Part shown: positions 31,750 through 42,184 of the stretch, one piece after another | Layout: the number at the start of each line of letters is the position of its first letter | Position numbering within the stretch: position 1 is the first letter of the stretch | NCBI GenBank assembly: GCA_047284725.1 | Contig: JBJBEO010000001.1 | Location: 2,040,203 to 2,104,202, forward strand | DNA: 64,000 bases | Source of the DNA: Synechococcus sp. | GTDB lineage: Bacteria > Cyanobacteriota > Cyanobacteriia > PCC-6307 > Cyanobiaceae | Direction of reading: 5' to 3' | The notes under the pieces: generated by a model | What the model saw: only the letters and a program-made list of their open reading frames with translations | What the model was told of the DNA's origin: nothing | The model's database searches: none | Program-made: the position numbers and the translations under genes

Positions 31750-31779
31750 GGCATCACCCCATCTCACCCCATCTCATTC

Positions 31780-33087
31780 ATGCTCGTCAGTCGGGGACGG
31801 AACCCCAGCGCCGGAGAAGTGATCACCCAAGCGGTGAGCAACCCTGAGTTACGCGGACGCATTCTCACCACCATCGGCTTGCTTTTGCTGGTGCGTCTTG
31901 GCATCTACATCCCGATGCCTGGCATCGACCGCGTTGCTTTTCAGCAGTTTCTGGAGGGTGGCGGACAGCTGATCGGCTTCCTCGACATCTTCACCGGTGG
32001 TGGCGTGTCGAGCTTGGGCATTTTTGCCCTTGGAATTCTGCCCTTCATCAACGCGTCGATCATCCTGCAGCTTTTGACCGCTGCACTCCCTCAGCTGGAA
32101 GACCTCCAAAAGAATGAGGGTGAGGCAGGCCGTCGCAAGATTGCTCAGATCACCCGTTATGTGGCACTGGGCTGGGGCCTCGTGCAGAGCGTCGTCTTCT
32201 CACTGATTCTGAAGCAGTACGCGACCGAAGGGGTCAGCGACGTGGTGTTTGTGGTTCAGACCGCCTTGGCCCTGGTGACTGGCTCGATGGTGGTGATGTG
32301 GATCAGTGAAGTGATCACCGAACGGGGTATCGGCCAGGGTGCATCGCTGGTGATCTTCCTCAACATCGTGGCCACCCTGCCCCAAACGGTTGGTGGCGCC
32401 ATCACGCAGGCGCAAACCGGCGACAGAGGCACGGTGCTCGATCTGATCAAAATCACCCTGGTGTTCCTTGCCACCATTGTGGGAATCGTTTTTGTGCAGG
32501 AAGCCTCGAGAAGGCTGCCGATTGTGAGTGCCAAGCGCCAGGTGGGCGGCACCGGAACCCTTCCCAGTCGTCAGAGCTATCTGCCGATGAAGCTCAATGC
32601 GGGTGGTGTGATGCCGATCATCTTCGCTTCAGCGATGCTCTTCCTGCCAGCCACGGTTGCACAATTCGCCAAGCAGGAATGGTTGTCAACCGCTGTGGGC
32701 TACATCTCCCCAGGCAACTGGCCCTATTACCTGCTGTATTTCGCCCTGATACTGGCGTTTGCCTACTTCTACGCCTCGCTCACCCTCAATCCCACTGACA
32801 TCGCCAGCAACCTCAAGCGCGGTGGTGTGGCCATCCCTGGGGTTCGACCAGGCACCGCCACAGCGAACTACATCTCCGGAGTGCAAGCTCGCCTCACTCT
32901 GCTGGGCGGCCTCTTCCTCGGAGCCGTGGTGATCGTACCGTCCTTGATCGAGACCACCAGCCAGGTGAAGCTGGGCGGCCTCGGCTCGACATCGCTGCTG
33001 ATTCTTGTGGGTGTCGCCATTGACACCGCCAAACAGGTGCAGACCTATGTGGTGTCACAACGCTACGAGGGCCTCGTCCGCCAATAG
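31780..33087 (+). CDS. secY: Preprotein translocase subunit SecY
   Basis: FALGILPFINASII, ITERGIGQG, GVMPIIFA, IPGVRPG, TSLLILVGV. Confidence 0.98.
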   Translation: MLVSRGRNPSAGEVITQAVSNPELRGRILTTIGLLLLVRLGIYIPMPGIDRVAFQQFLEGGGQLIGFLDIFTGGGVSSLGIFALGILPFINASIILQLLTAALPQLEDLQKNEGEAGRRKIAQITRYVALGWGLVQSVVFSLILKQYATEGVSDVVFVVQTALALVTGSMVVMWISEVITERGIGQGASLVIFLNIVATLPQTVGGAITQAQTGDRGTVLDLIKITLVFLATIVGIVFVQEASRRLPIVSAKRQVGGTGTLPSRQSYLPMKLNAGGVMPIIFASAMLFLPATVAQFAKQEWLSTAVGYISPGNWPYYLLYFALILAFAYFYASLTLNPTDIASNLKRGGVAIPGVRPGTATANYISGVQARLTLLGGLFLGAVVIVPSLIETTSQVKLGGLGSTSLLILVGVAIDTAKQVQTYVVSQRYEGLVRQ

Positions 33088-33151
33088 AGCGACCGATCGA
33101 CAGTCAAAAGGCACGACATCGTGCTGGTTCTTTCACGTTCAAAACTTCATC

Positions 33152-33712
33152 ATGAAAAAACGCCTGCTCTTTCTCGGCCCACCTGGTGCTGGCAAAGGCA
33201 CCCAAGCCGCTCGCCTCTGCGGGCAGCACGGCATGAAGCACCTCTCAACAGGTGACCTGCTGCGGTCGGAGGTGGCCGCCGGCAGCGAGCTCGGGAAAGA
33301 GGCCGAGGCGGTGATGAACCGGGGTGAACTGGTGAGCGACGCCCTGGTGCTCGCCATCGTCAAGGGCCAACTGGGCAAGCTCGATGAGGGGGGCTGGCTG
33401 CTCGACGGCTTCCCCCGCAACGTGGCACAAGCCGAAGCGCTGGGACCCCTGCTTGAGGACATCGGCCAACCGCTTGAGGCCGTTGTGCTCCTCGCCCTTG
33501 ATGACGCCGTACTGATGGAGCGGATGCTGGCTCGCGGTCGCGACGACGACAATGAAGACGTGATCCGCCACCGCCTCGAGGTTTACCGCGAAAAAACGGC
33601 GCCCCTGATCGAGCACTACAGCCAGCAGGGCCTGCTGGTTTCAGTGGAAGCTCAGGGCAGCGTGGAAACCATCACCACCCGGATCGAACAAGCCTTGACA
33701 GAATCTTGCTAA
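33152..33712 (+). CDS. adk: Adenylate kinase
   Basis: GPPGAGKGTQ, STGDLLR, LDGFPRN. Confidence 0.98.
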   Translation: MKKRLLFLGPPGAGKGTQAARLCGQHGMKHLSTGDLLRSEVAAGSELGKEAEAVMNRGELVSDALVLAIVKGQLGKLDEGGWLLDGFPRNVAQAEALGPLLEDIGQPLEAVVLLALDDAVLMERMLARGRDDDNEDVIRHRLEVYREKTAPLIEHYSQQGLLVSVEAQGSVETITTRIEQALTESC

Positions 33713-33720
33713 CCCCCCTG

Positions 33721-33729
33721 TGGTAAATT
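33721..33729 (+). promoter_or_regulatory. Putative extended -10 promoter for the rpmJ-rpsM-rpoA segment
   Basis: TG-G-TAAATT, 31 nt before the rpmJ ATG. Confidence 0.5.
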
Positions 33730-33760
33730 AGCTGTTTGGAATTTTGGAGAGCCACACCCC

Positions 33761-33874
33761 ATGAAGGTGCGCGCCTCAGTCAAGAAAATGTGCGAAAAGT
33801 GCCGGGTGATTCGCCGCCACGGCCGGGTCATGGTGATCTGCACCAACCCCAAGCACAAGCAGCGCCAGGGCTGA
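33761..33874 (+). CDS. rpmJ: 50S ribosomal protein L36 (not in the ORF track)
   Basis: Read directly: [37 protein letters not shown]. Confidence 0.98.
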   Translation: MKVRASVKKMCEKCRVIRRHGRVMVICTNPKHKQRQG

Positions 33875-33961
33875 TTCCCTGGCGCAGGTCAACCTCAAGG
33901 CTGACCAACGCATCAATTGCCGCCTGAAGGCGGCCTCTGTCCCCCCTCGATTGTTTGCTCA

Positions 33962-34327
33962 GTGGCAAGGATTGCCGGTGTCGACATTCCCCGCGATAAG
34001 CGGATCGAAGTCGCCCTCACCTACATCTACGGAATCGGTCCCACCCGGGCCCGCACCATTCTCTCCGATACCGGTGTCAACCCGGACACCCGCGTCAAGG
34101 ACCTCGAGGATGGAGACGTGCAGAAACTGCGCGGTGCCACTGAGGCTTACACGATTGAAGGCGACCTGCGCCGTCAGGAGGGCATGGCCCTTAAGCGCCT
34201 GCAGGACATCGGCTGTCTGCGTGGTCGCCGCCACCGTATGAGCCTTCCGGTTCGCGGCCAACGGACCCGCACCAACGCTCGCACCCGTCGCGGCGCTCGC
34301 AAAACCGTGGCCGGTAAGAAGAAGTAA
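33962..34327 (+). CDS. rpsM: 30S ribosomal protein S13
   Basis: GTG start; [24 protein letters not shown]. Confidence 0.99.
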   Translation: MARIAGVDIPRDKRIEVALTYIYGIGPTRARTILSDTGVNPDTRVKDLEDGDVQKLRGATEAYTIEGDLRRQEGMALKRLQDIGCLRGRRHRMSLPVRGQRTRTNARTRRGARKTVAGKKK

Positions 34328-34405
34328 GGCTGAAAGCTCGGTGCATCAACACCAGCCCTTCTCCGCTTCGATCATTCCCAACTCACTGCCTTCAGGCCCC
34401 CGACC

Positions 34406-34798
34406 ATGGCCAAGACCGCCAAAAAATCTGGCCCCAAAAAGGCCAAACGCAATGTCCCCAACGGCGTTGCACATATTCAAAGCACGTTCAACAACACGAT
34501 CGTGTCCATCACCGACACCACAGGAGAGGTGATCTCCTGGTCGTCGGCAGGTGCCAGCGGCTTCAAGGGCGCCCGTAAGGGCACTCCTTTTGCGGCACAA
34601 ACCGCAGCTGAAGCAGCCGCCCGCCGCGCTCTGGAGCAGGGCATGCGTCAGATCGAGGTCCTGGTGCGTGGGCCTGGATCCGGTCGTGAGACCGCCATCC
34701 GCGCCCTGCAGGTGGCAGGCCTTGAAATCACCCTGATTCGCGACGTCACACCCCTGCCCCACAACGGCTGCCGTCGCTCCAAGCGCCGTCGCGTCTGA
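34406..34798 (+). CDS. rpsK: 30S ribosomal protein S11
   Basis: [25 protein letters not shown]. Confidence 0.99.
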   Translation: MAKTAKKSGPKKAKRNVPNGVAHIQSTFNNTIVSITDTTGEVISWSSAGASGFKGARKGTPFAAQTAAEAAARRALEQGMRQIEVLVRGPGSGRETAIRALQVAGLEITLIRDVTPLPHNGCRRSKRRRV

Positions 34799-34843
34799 TT
34801 CGCAACGCCTCTTCGGTTCCCTTCCTTAACCCCGCTTCAGATC

Positions 34844-35782
34844 GTGCTGCAATACCAGATCGACCGTATCGAGCATCAGATCGCTGACGATCGCGCCCAG
34901 ACCGGCGTGTTCCTCATCGGTCCGCTTGAACGCGGTCAAGCCACAACGCTGGGCAACTCACTGCGTCGCGTTCTGATGGGAGGACTCGAGGGCAGTGCAG
35001 TCACAGCCGTCCGGATCGCAGGCGTCAATCACGAATACGCCACCGTTCCTGGTGTCCGTGAAGACGTTCTCGACATCCTTCTCAATTGCAAACAACTCAG
35101 CGTGAACAGCCGTTCCGCCGAGCTGGAGATTGGACGCCTTGTGGTGGCCGGTCCTTCCGAGGTCAAGGCGAGGGATCTGCAATTTTCCTCCCAGGTACAA
35201 GTTGTGGACCCCGATCGCACCATCGCCACGGTGAGTGACGGACACAGCCTTGAGCTGGAAGTACACGTTGAGCGTGGCATCGGTTATCGCCCGGTGGATC
35301 GCCACAGCGAAGACACCAGCGCGATTGATCTGCTGCAGATCGATGCCGTCTTCATGCCGGTGCATCGAGTGAATTTCACCATCGATGAAACCGCAGTCGC
35401 GGAGGGTGGCTCAGCCCGTGAGCGCCTTCGCATGGAGGTGGTCACCGATGGATCGATCACCCCCGATGATGCGATTGCCGAAGCGGCCAATCAATTGATC
35501 GAACTGTTCCAGCCTCTGGCCACCGTCACGATGGTGGAAGAACCCGGCCTGGAACCTGAGCCCACCGCCGAAGCACAGATTCCTCTCGAGGAACTCAACC
35601 TGTCGGTGCGGGCTTACAACTGCCTGAAGCGCGCCCAGGTCAACTCCGTCTCAGACCTGATGGGATTCAGCTATGAAGACCTGCTGGAGATCAAGAACTT
35701 TGGCTCCAAGTCTGCTGATGAGGTGATCGAAGCGCTGGAGCGCATCGGCATCTCAATTCCACAGAGCCGCACCAGCGCCTGA
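34844..35782 (+). CDS. rpoA: RNA polymerase alpha subunit
   Basis: [34 protein letters not shown]. Confidence 0.99.
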   Translation: MLQYQIDRIEHQIADDRAQTGVFLIGPLERGQATTLGNSLRRVLMGGLEGSAVTAVRIAGVNHEYATVPGVREDVLDILLNCKQLSVNSRSAELEIGRLVVAGPSEVKARDLQFSSQVQVVDPDRTIATVSDGHSLELEVHVERGIGYRPVDRHSEDTSAIDLLQIDAVFMPVHRVNFTIDETAVAEGGSARERLRMEVVTDGSITPDDAIAEAANQLIELFQPLATVTMVEEPGLEPEPTAEAQIPLEELNLSVRAYNCLKRAQVNSVSDLMGFSYEDLLEIKNFGSKSADEVIEALERIGISIPQSRTSA

Positions 35783-35817
35783 TTTTCAGTTTCCCTCACC
35801 TAGCGTCTGCCAGACCC

Positions 35818-36168
35818 ATGCGTCACCAATGTCGAGTTCCTCAGCTGGGTCGTCCGGCTGACCAACGCAAGGCCATGCTTCGCGGCCTCACCACCCAACT
35901 GATCCGTGAAGGTCGGGTCACCACCACAAAGGCTCGTGCCAAAGCGCTGCGTGATGAAGCCGAGAGGATGATCACCCTGGCCAAGGATGGCAGTCTTGCC
36001 TCGCGTCGTCGTGCCATCGGCTACATCTACGACAAGCAGCTCGTTCACGCCCTGTTTGACAAGGCACAAGATCGCTACGGCGATCGAAAGGGTGGCTACA
36101 CCCGCATCACCCGCACGGTTCCCCGTCGTGGTGACAACGCCGAAATGGCCATTATCGAACTGGTCTGA
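35818..36168 (+). CDS. rplQ: 50S ribosomal protein L17
   Basis: MRHQCR, TTKARAK, GGYTRI, RRGDNA. Confidence 0.99.
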   Translation: MRHQCRVPQLGRPADQRKAMLRGLTTQLIREGRVTTTKARAKALRDEAERMITLAKDGSLASRRRAIGYIYDKQLVHALFDKAQDRYGDRKGGYTRITRTVPRRGDNAEMAIIELV

Positions 36169-36196
36169 TTCCATTCATTCCTCGAAGGGAACGGAG

Positions 36197-37075
36197 CTGA
36201 AACCCTCGTCTGCAGCTGAAAGCCCGTTGATCCGACGGATTGCTCTCAGCCTGCAGTACGAGGGTTCTTCATTTTGCGGCTGGCAGCGCCAACGCCAGGG
36301 CACCAGTGTTCAAGGGGTGCTGGAGGACGCCATTGGCCAGCTTGATCCCTGTCGTCCCGTGCAAGCCATCGCCGCTGGCCGCACCGATGCGGGAGTTCAT
36401 GCCGCGGGCCAGGTGGTGCATTTCGACGCGAGCGGACCAATCCCTGCCTGGCGCTGGGCACCGGCACTCAATGGCCAGCTTCCCAGCACGATTCGTGTGC
36501 GGGAAGCTGTGGAGCGCCCGCTGGATTGGCATGCCTGCTATTCAGCAACCTACAGGCGGTATCGCTACACCCTCTACAACGGTCGCCGCCCCAATCTCTT
36601 TCTCTCCAACTGGAGTTGGCATCGCTACCAGGCTCGTCTGGATGAGGAACAGATGGGATTAGCCCTGCAAGGACTCTTGGGGCTGCACGATTTTAGTGCC
36701 TTCATGCGGGCCGGCAGTCGTCGCGCACATGCACGCACCACCGTCCAGGACGTGAGTATCGAGCGCCAGGGGGACCTGATCACCATCGAGATCCAGGCCA
36801 GTGGATTCCTTTACGGCATGGTTCGCCTGCTGATGGGTCAACTGGTGGCGGTGGGCGAGCACCGTCTCAGCCTGCGAGCCTTCGAACGACGCTGGCGGGG
36901 ACGACACCGCAGCGAGGTCAAGGACGGTGCGCCGGCCCACGGCCTCTGCCTGCTCAGGGCTGGCTATGCCGAGCCCGTGTTCAGTGAAGGCGGGTGGTAC
37001 GATTGCCAACCGCGGTATTTTCTGGCATCGCAGGATTCTCCTCCGAATCCACCGCCGTTGCCGAAAGCTGACTGA
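36197..37075 (+). CDS. truA: tRNA pseudouridine(38-40) synthase; start CTG 36197 or TTG 36227
   Basis: [43 protein letters not shown]. Confidence 0.95.
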   Translation: MKPSSAAESPLIRRIALSLQYEGSSFCGWQRQRQGTSVQGVLEDAIGQLDPCRPVQAIAAGRTDAGVHAAGQVVHFDASGPIPAWRWAPALNGQLPSTIRVREAVERPLDWHACYSATYRRYRYTLYNGRRPNLFLSNWSWHRYQARLDEEQMGLALQGLLGLHDFSAFMRAGSRRAHARTTVQDVSIERQGDLITIEIQASGFLYGMVRLLMGQLVAVGEHRLSLRAFERRWRGRHRSEVKDGAPAHGLCLLRAGYAEPVFSEGGWYDCQPRYFLASQDSPPNPPPLPKAD

Positions 37076-37274
37076 CCTGACCCCTGTCGGATGCAGTCAT
37101 GCGCCGACAACTTCGGCCCGCACACCTCACTGTCTCACTGCCCATTCAGGGGTGAGACCCTTCACGAGGTAAGCTCATCCATTGAGCTTGATCAGGACGC
37201 ACCTCGCGGACCGATCCTTTTTGACCAGCTCCGCCAGCTCAGGTGGGGCATACCCGAACCGGCATGCCGGCGCG

Positions 37275-37727
37275 ATGAACAAGACATCCGTTCCTTCAAT
37301 CGATTCGATCGAACGCCAGTGGTATCTGGTGGACGCTGAGAATCAGACCCTGGGCCGCCTGGCCACCGAGGTGGCTTCCGTGCTGCGTGGCAAGAACAAA
37401 GCCACCTATACGCCTCACCTCGACACCGGCGATTTCGTCGTCGTGGTGAACGCTGACAAGATCCGCGTGAGCGGCAACAAGCCTCAGCAGAAGCTCTACC
37501 GCCGCCACTCCGGTCGTCCCGGCGGCATGAAAGTGGAAACCTTCGAGCACCTCCAGGAGCGCCTTCCCGAGCGCATCGTTGAGAAAGCTGTCAAAGGGAT
37601 GCTTCCTCACAATGCTCTGGGCCGTCAGCTGTTCCGCAAACTGAAGGTCTACAAGGGCAGCGAGCATCCCCATGCCGCGCAACAGCCCCAGCCTCTCAAG
37701 CTTGACCCTGCCGCTTCTGCCCAATGA
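37275..37727 (+). CDS. rplM: 50S ribosomal protein L13
   Basis: [28 protein letters not shown]. Confidence 0.99.
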   Translation: MNKTSVPSIDSIERQWYLVDAENQTLGRLATEVASVLRGKNKATYTPHLDTGDFVVVVNADKIRVSGNKPQQKLYRRHSGRPGGMKVETFEHLQERLPERIVEKAVKGMLPHNALGRQLFRKLKVYKGSEHPHAAQQPQPLKLDPAASAQ

Positions 37728-38128
37728 GCACCTCTAATTCCGTCGTTTACTGGGGCACTGGCCGCCGCAAGACCTCCGTCGCCCGTGTACGTCTGGTTCC
37801 AGGCAACGGAACCATCATCATCAATGGTCGTCCTGGCGACAACTATCTGAATTACAACCCTGCTTACATTGCTGCCGTCAAGGCTCCGCTTCAGACCCTC
37901 GGTCTGATTACGGAATACGATGTGTTGGTAAATGTGCGTGGTGGTGGCCTGACCGGCCAAGCCGACGCGATCAAGCAAGGTGCCGCCCGAGCGTTGTGTG
38001 AGCTCTCTGCCGACAACCGCAAGCCCCTCAAAACCGAAGGCCACCTCAGCCGCGACCCTCGCGCCAAGGAACGTCGTAAGTACGGCCTCAAGAAAGCCCG
38101 TAAAGCTCCTCAATTCTCCAAGCGCTGA
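37724..38128 (+). CDS. rpsI: 30S ribosomal protein S9
   Basis: [30 protein letters not shown]. Confidence 0.99.
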   Translation: MSTSNSVVYWGTGRRKTSVARVRLVPGNGTIIINGRPGDNYLNYNPAYIAAVKAPLQTLGLITEYDVLVNVRGGGLTGQADAIKQGAARALCELSADNRKPLKTEGHLSRDPRAKERRKYGLKKARKAPQFSKR

Positions 38129-38136
38129 TTTCTGTC

Positions 38137-38406
38137 ATGCCCAAAGCCGACATTCACCCAACCTGGTATCCCGATGCCAAGGTGATCTGCAATGGAGAGG
38201 TGGTGATGACCACCGGTTCCACCCAGCCCGAGATTCACGTCGACGTTTGGAGTGGCAATCACCCCTTCTTCACTGGCACCCAGAAGATTCTCGATACCGA
38301 GGGTCGTGTAGATCGCTTCATGCGCAAATACGGCATGGGCAGTGCTGGTCAAGCCACCAGCGAAAAGAAAGCAGCCGGCACCGAAGCCGCCAAAGCCGAA
38401 GCTTGA
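38137..38406 (+). CDS. rpmE: 50S ribosomal protein L31
   Basis: MPKADIHP, HPFFTG, GRVDRF. Confidence 0.98.
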   Translation: MPKADIHPTWYPDAKVICNGEVVMTTGSTQPEIHVDVWSGNHPFFTGTQKILDTEGRVDRFMRKYGMGSAGQATSEKKAAGTEAAKAEA

Positions 38407-38443
38407 TCACCTGCATCGAGGGTGCATTCACCATCGATCATTT

Positions 38444-38489
38444 AAAACCCCCTGATTGTTGAGTTCTCTCTCCAGTCAGGGGTGTTTTT
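38444..38489 (+). terminator. Intrinsic terminator after rpmE
   Basis: CCCCTGATTG...CAGTCAGGGG stem followed by TGTTTTT. Confidence 0.6.
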
Positions 38490-38509
38490 ATCAATGTGTT
38501 CCAAACGGG

Positions 38510-39604
38510 ATGGACCTCACAACCCTGACCCAGCGACTGGAGGCAGCCACCACCAGTTTTCAGACCTTGGAGCGACAACTCGCCGATCCTGATGTGGCCT
38601 CGGATCCAAAACGGCTGCAGACAATCGCCCAGGAACGATCAAGACTCGAGCCGCTGGTGCTGGATTACCAGAGCCTGCAACAGGTGGAACAAGAGCGTCG
38701 TCAGGCGGAAGAGATGCTCAAAGACAGCCGTGGCGACACAGCGATGGAAGAGCTGGCCCGGCACGAGATCCAGGATCTCAACGAACGTCACGCTGCTTTG
38801 GTGCAAAGCGTCACTCTGGCGCTCTTGCCTCGAGATCCACGTGACGAGCGCAGCGTGATGCTTGAGATCAGGGCAGGCGCTGGTGGCGATGAAGCCTGTC
38901 TCTGGGCGGGTGATCTCGCTCGGATGTATGAGCGTTACGGCAGTCGCCAGGGCTGGAACGTCCAACCGGTGAGTGCCAACGCCGCTGATCTCGGTGGCTA
39001 TCGCGAGCTCATCCTCTCGGTCAAAGGGGGGGCCGTCTTCAGCCAGCTCAAATTCGAAGCTGGTGTGCACCGCGTGCAACGGGTGCCGGCCACCGAATCC
39101 CAGGGCCGGGTTCACACCTCCACAGCCACCGTGGCCGTGATGCCCGAGGCAGATCCCGTGGAAGTGCAGATTGACCCCACTGAGCTTGAAATCAGCACCG
39201 CACGCTCCGGCGGAGCCGGGGGACAGAACGTGAACAAGGTTGAGACGGCGGTGGATCTGCTGCACAAACCCACTGGAATCCGGGTGTTCTGCACCCAGGA
39301 ACGCTCCCAGCTGCAGAACCGTGAGCGGGCTCTGGAGATTCTGCGGGCCAAGCTCTACGAACGCCAGCTCGCTGAAGCCAATGCCGCCGAAAGTTCAGCC
39401 CGACGGGCTCAGGTGGGCACCGGCGATCGCAGCGAAAAAATCCGCACCTACAACGCCAAGGACAACAGGGTCACCGATCACCGTCTCGGCCGGAACTTCA
39501 GTCTTGACTCTGTGCTGGAAGGCCAGATTGAAGACGTGGTGGAGGCCTGTATCGCCGAAGAGCAACGGGCCAAGCTGGAAGCGCTCACCCAAGATGACGA
39601 CTGA
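38510..39604 (+). CDS. prfA: Peptide chain release factor 1
   Basis: VQRVPATE (PxT motif), [20 protein letters not shown]. Confidence 0.98.
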   Translation: MDLTTLTQRLEAATTSFQTLERQLADPDVASDPKRLQTIAQERSRLEPLVLDYQSLQQVEQERRQAEEMLKDSRGDTAMEELARHEIQDLNERHAALVQSVTLALLPRDPRDERSVMLEIRAGAGGDEACLWAGDLARMYERYGSRQGWNVQPVSANAADLGGYRELILSVKGGAVFSQLKFEAGVHRVQRVPATESQGRVHTSTATVAVMPEADPVEVQIDPTELEISTARSGGAGGQNVNKVETAVDLLHKPTGIRVFCTQERSQLQNRERALEILRAKLYERQLAEANAAESSARRAQVGTGDRSEKIRTYNAKDNRVTDHRLGRNFSLDSVLEGQIEDVVEACIAEEQRAKLEALTQDDD

Positions 39605-39617
39605 GCCGAATCCAATC

Positions 39618-40118
39618 TCAAGGCCCAATCATGTACTTGGCCCAATCGGCACGCTGACCTGTGGCGATTTGACGCCTGGCTTCAAAGGTGAGATGCCCCA
39701 CGGGGCGGTGGGGCTGATGACGCAGTGGCATCTTCGCTTCCTGGGGAGTGCGATTCCCCTTGCGAACATTGCAGCTCAGACAGGCTGTGGTGACGTTGTC
39801 CCAGCTATCGGAGCCACCCCTGCTCCGGGGAATGATGTGATCCATGGAAAGCTGACCACCCTTGCTGCCGCAGTACTGGCAACAGTGGTTGTCACGCTGA
39901 AACAAGTTGCGCCGGGTCAGTGCCAACGGACGGAAGGGAACGTGAACAAACTGCCGCAGGCGAATCACTGTGGGCAAATGCAGATCAGGCCGCAGGCGAC
40001 GGTGAGGATCATGCTCCAGACCCTCAGCCTTCCCCTTCAACAGCATCACCGTGGCGCGGCGCCATGTGGTGATATTCAGCGGCTCGTAGGACGCATTGAG
40101 AACGAGAACCTGGCCCAT
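39618..40118 (-). CDS. HNH endonuclease (McrA-like)
   Basis: VLVLNASYEPL, RDNHCCQYCG, DHIIPRSRGG, NVTTACLSCN. Confidence 0.9.
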   Translation of the reverse strand: MGQVLVLNASYEPLNITTWRRATVMLLKGKAEGLEHDPHRRLRPDLHLPTVIRLRQFVHVPFRPLALTRRNLFQRDNHCCQYCGSKGGQLSMDHIIPRSRGGSDSWDNVTTACLSCNVRKGNRTPQEAKMPLRHQPHRPVGHLTFEARRQIATGQRADWAKYMIGP

Positions 40119-40191
40119 GCCAGCCACTGGATTCACAGGCATGCTATGGGGACTTTCCGCTTTGGTCTGTGCCCACCGCAACGATGGCTCC

Positions 40192-41373
40192 ATGCGTGAT
40201 CTGATCAGCGGTAGTCATGAGACGGCCAGCCAGAGCGATCACAGCCGGCTGGACCCCCGTCAGCGCGCCTGGCTTGAGGTCTCACCGGCAGCGGTGGAAA
40301 CCAACGTGCGCGCCCTGCGTCGCCTGTTGCGGCCATCGTGTGCCCTGATGGCGGTTGTGAAAGCGGACGGCTACGGGCATGGCGCCGCGACTGTGGCCAG
40401 AGCAGCGGTGGAAGGGGGCGCGGCCCAGTTCGGGGTAGCCACTCTTCAGGAGGGCATCGACCTGCGTCGCGCCGGCCTAACGCAGCCGGTGCTTGTACTG
40501 GGGCATCTGCACCTGGCCGAAGACCTGCGGGCATGCCTGAAATGGGAACTCATGCCCACGCTGAGCAGCATGCGAGAAGCCCTGCTGTGTCAGAACCTGG
40601 CCGACGGCAGCGGACGCAAGTTCGCCGTACAGCTCAAACTCGACACCGGCATGACCCGGCTGGGCTGTGCCTGGGAGGATGCCCCCAGATTGAGCGAAGC
40701 CATCAGCCAGCTTGACCAGCTGGAGCTGAGCGGTATCTACAGCCACCTTGCTCTGGCCGATGGGGACGCGAATGGGGATGGAGAACGGGTGACACGCCTG
40801 CAGCAACAACGTTTCGACGATGTACTGCGCTGTTTGCCGCCAAGCCGTGCCCTGCACCATCTCGCCAATTCCGCGGGAACACTCCGCGACCGATGCCTGC
40901 ATCACGATCTGGTGCGAGTCGGCCTAGCCCTTTACGGCCACAGCCCCAGCTCCCATCTGGACGCCAAGGTCAAGCTCGAACCGGCGATGCACGTCAAAGC
41001 ACGCGTGACCTTGATCCGCGACGTCGCCGCCGGTGTCGGCGTCAGCTACGGCCATCGTTTTGTTACCGAACGTCCTAGCCGTCTGGCAGTTGTCGGCATT
41101 GGGTATGCCGACGGCGTCAGCCGCTGCCTCTCAGGCAAGATCAGCGCCCTGCACAACAGCCAGGTACTGCCTCAAGTGGGGGCGATCACCATGGACCAGC
41201 TCATCCTTGATGTCACGGATCACCCCCACGTGGAAGCCGGTGATGTCGTCACCCTGCTCGGTCGCGACGGAGAGCGAATTATCAGCCCCCGTGACTGGAG
41301 CGATCTGAGTGATTCGATCCCATGGGAAGTGCTTTGCGGTTTCAAGCATCGCTTGCCCAGGGTGACGGTCTGA
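40192..41373 (+). CDS. alr: Alanine racemase
   Basis: AVVKADGYGHG (PLP Lys), KLDTGMTRLG, VSYG, GYADG. Confidence 0.97.
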   Translation: MRDLISGSHETASQSDHSRLDPRQRAWLEVSPAAVETNVRALRRLLRPSCALMAVVKADGYGHGAATVARAAVEGGAAQFGVATLQEGIDLRRAGLTQPVLVLGHLHLAEDLRACLKWELMPTLSSMREALLCQNLADGSGRKFAVQLKLDTGMTRLGCAWEDAPRLSEAISQLDQLELSGIYSHLALADGDANGDGERVTRLQQQRFDDVLRCLPPSRALHHLANSAGTLRDRCLHHDLVRVGLALYGHSPSSHLDAKVKLEPAMHVKARVTLIRDVAAGVGVSYGHRFVTERPSRLAVVGIGYADGVSRCLSGKISALHNSQVLPQVGAITMDQLILDVTDHPHVEAGDVVTLLGRDGERIISPRDWSDLSDSIPWEVLCGFKHRLPRVTV

Positions 41374-41441
41374 AGGCAGGTCCTGTTTGACCGATGGCGA
41401 GGCCGACTGGGCCTGCTGGTTGGTAAGGTGGGCGTGCCGCT

Positions 41442-41530
41442 GGAGAGGTGGCTGAGTGGTTGAAAGCGGCTCCCTGCTAAGGAGTTACAGGAGGCAACTT
41501 CTGTCGAGGGTTCGAATCCCTCCCTCTCCG
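41442..41530 (+). tRNA. tRNA-Ser(GCT)
   Basis: GGAGAGGTGGCTGAGTGGTTGAAAGCGGCTCCCTGCTAAGGAGTT...GAGGGTTCGAATCCCTCCCTCTCCG; long variable arm. Confidence 0.97.
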
Positions 41531-41675
41531 TTGAATTCACCGAGTGCTGAGGTCTTCCCAAACCTCGCTTGGATTGGCTGCATGTCGTTCAGCAACGGCT
41601 TGCGCCAATTCTGTGCCTTGTGAGTAACCATTCCCACGTGTTTCTTCGCGGGAATCCTGTTGATTCCCCAGTCCG

Positions 41676-41999
41676 TTGTTTCTCACACCATCCCGCCAAC
41701 GCTTCAAGGAACTCTGCCGGGCCAAGGGAGTGCAGCATCGTCAGGTGCTTGATCAGCTGGTTGAGCTGTATGTGAGCACGCAAGGTGCGATTCTCCAGGG
41801 CCATGGTCATTCCATACCTCCCGCCGCGATGCCACTGCCGGAGGAAACAACCACCGAGCTCATCGAGCGGATCGAACGACTCGAATGTGATGACCGGGAG
41901 TTTGTGCACGCCTTTGAAGTGCTGATCCACAGGGTGGACGCACTGGAAAAGAGCATCGGAACGCCCCGCAACGAGTCGAAGCACACCCCCAAACCCTGA
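41676..41999 (+). CDS. Hypothetical protein, ribbon-helix-helix-like N-terminus and coiled-coil C-terminus
   Basis: RQRFKELCRAKGVQHRQVLDQLVELYV helix-turn-helix pattern; LIERIERLE...RVDALEK heptads. Confidence 0.5.
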   Translation: MFLTPSRQRFKELCRAKGVQHRQVLDQLVELYVSTQGAILQGHGHSIPPAAMPLPEETTTELIERIERLECDDREFVHAFEVLIHRVDALEKSIGTPRNESKHTPKP

Positions 42000-42035
42000 C
42001 CTGCCCTGCACCGCTGTCTTGATTCAACAGGCATG

Positions 42036-42062
42036 AAAAAGGGGTGGTTGATGCCACCCCTT
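42036..42062 (-). terminator. Intrinsic terminator (minus strand)
   Basis: Minus strand AAGGGGTGG-CATCAA-CCACCCCTT running into a U-tract. Confidence 0.75.
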
Positions 42063-42184
42063 GCCCTTGAGGCCTCCTTGTGTCGAACCAGTTGGAGCGG
42101 CCTCACTGGGGATGTCTTCGCTGTAAGCGACTTGGAGGCTCTGTTGCATCGGTAAGAACACGTATCCCTGGGATGACCGTCCCA

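Noticed and set aside
22991..38406. Absence of rpsJ, rpsN, rpmD, infA and rpsD from the ribosomal cluster
   Set aside because: Consistent with usual picocyanobacterial gene order, where these genes lie elsewhere or are absent.
39618..40118. HNH nuclease as a mobile or defence element
   Set aside because: Host-like composition, no flanking repeats or partner genes; looks like the conserved housekeeping-context HNH.
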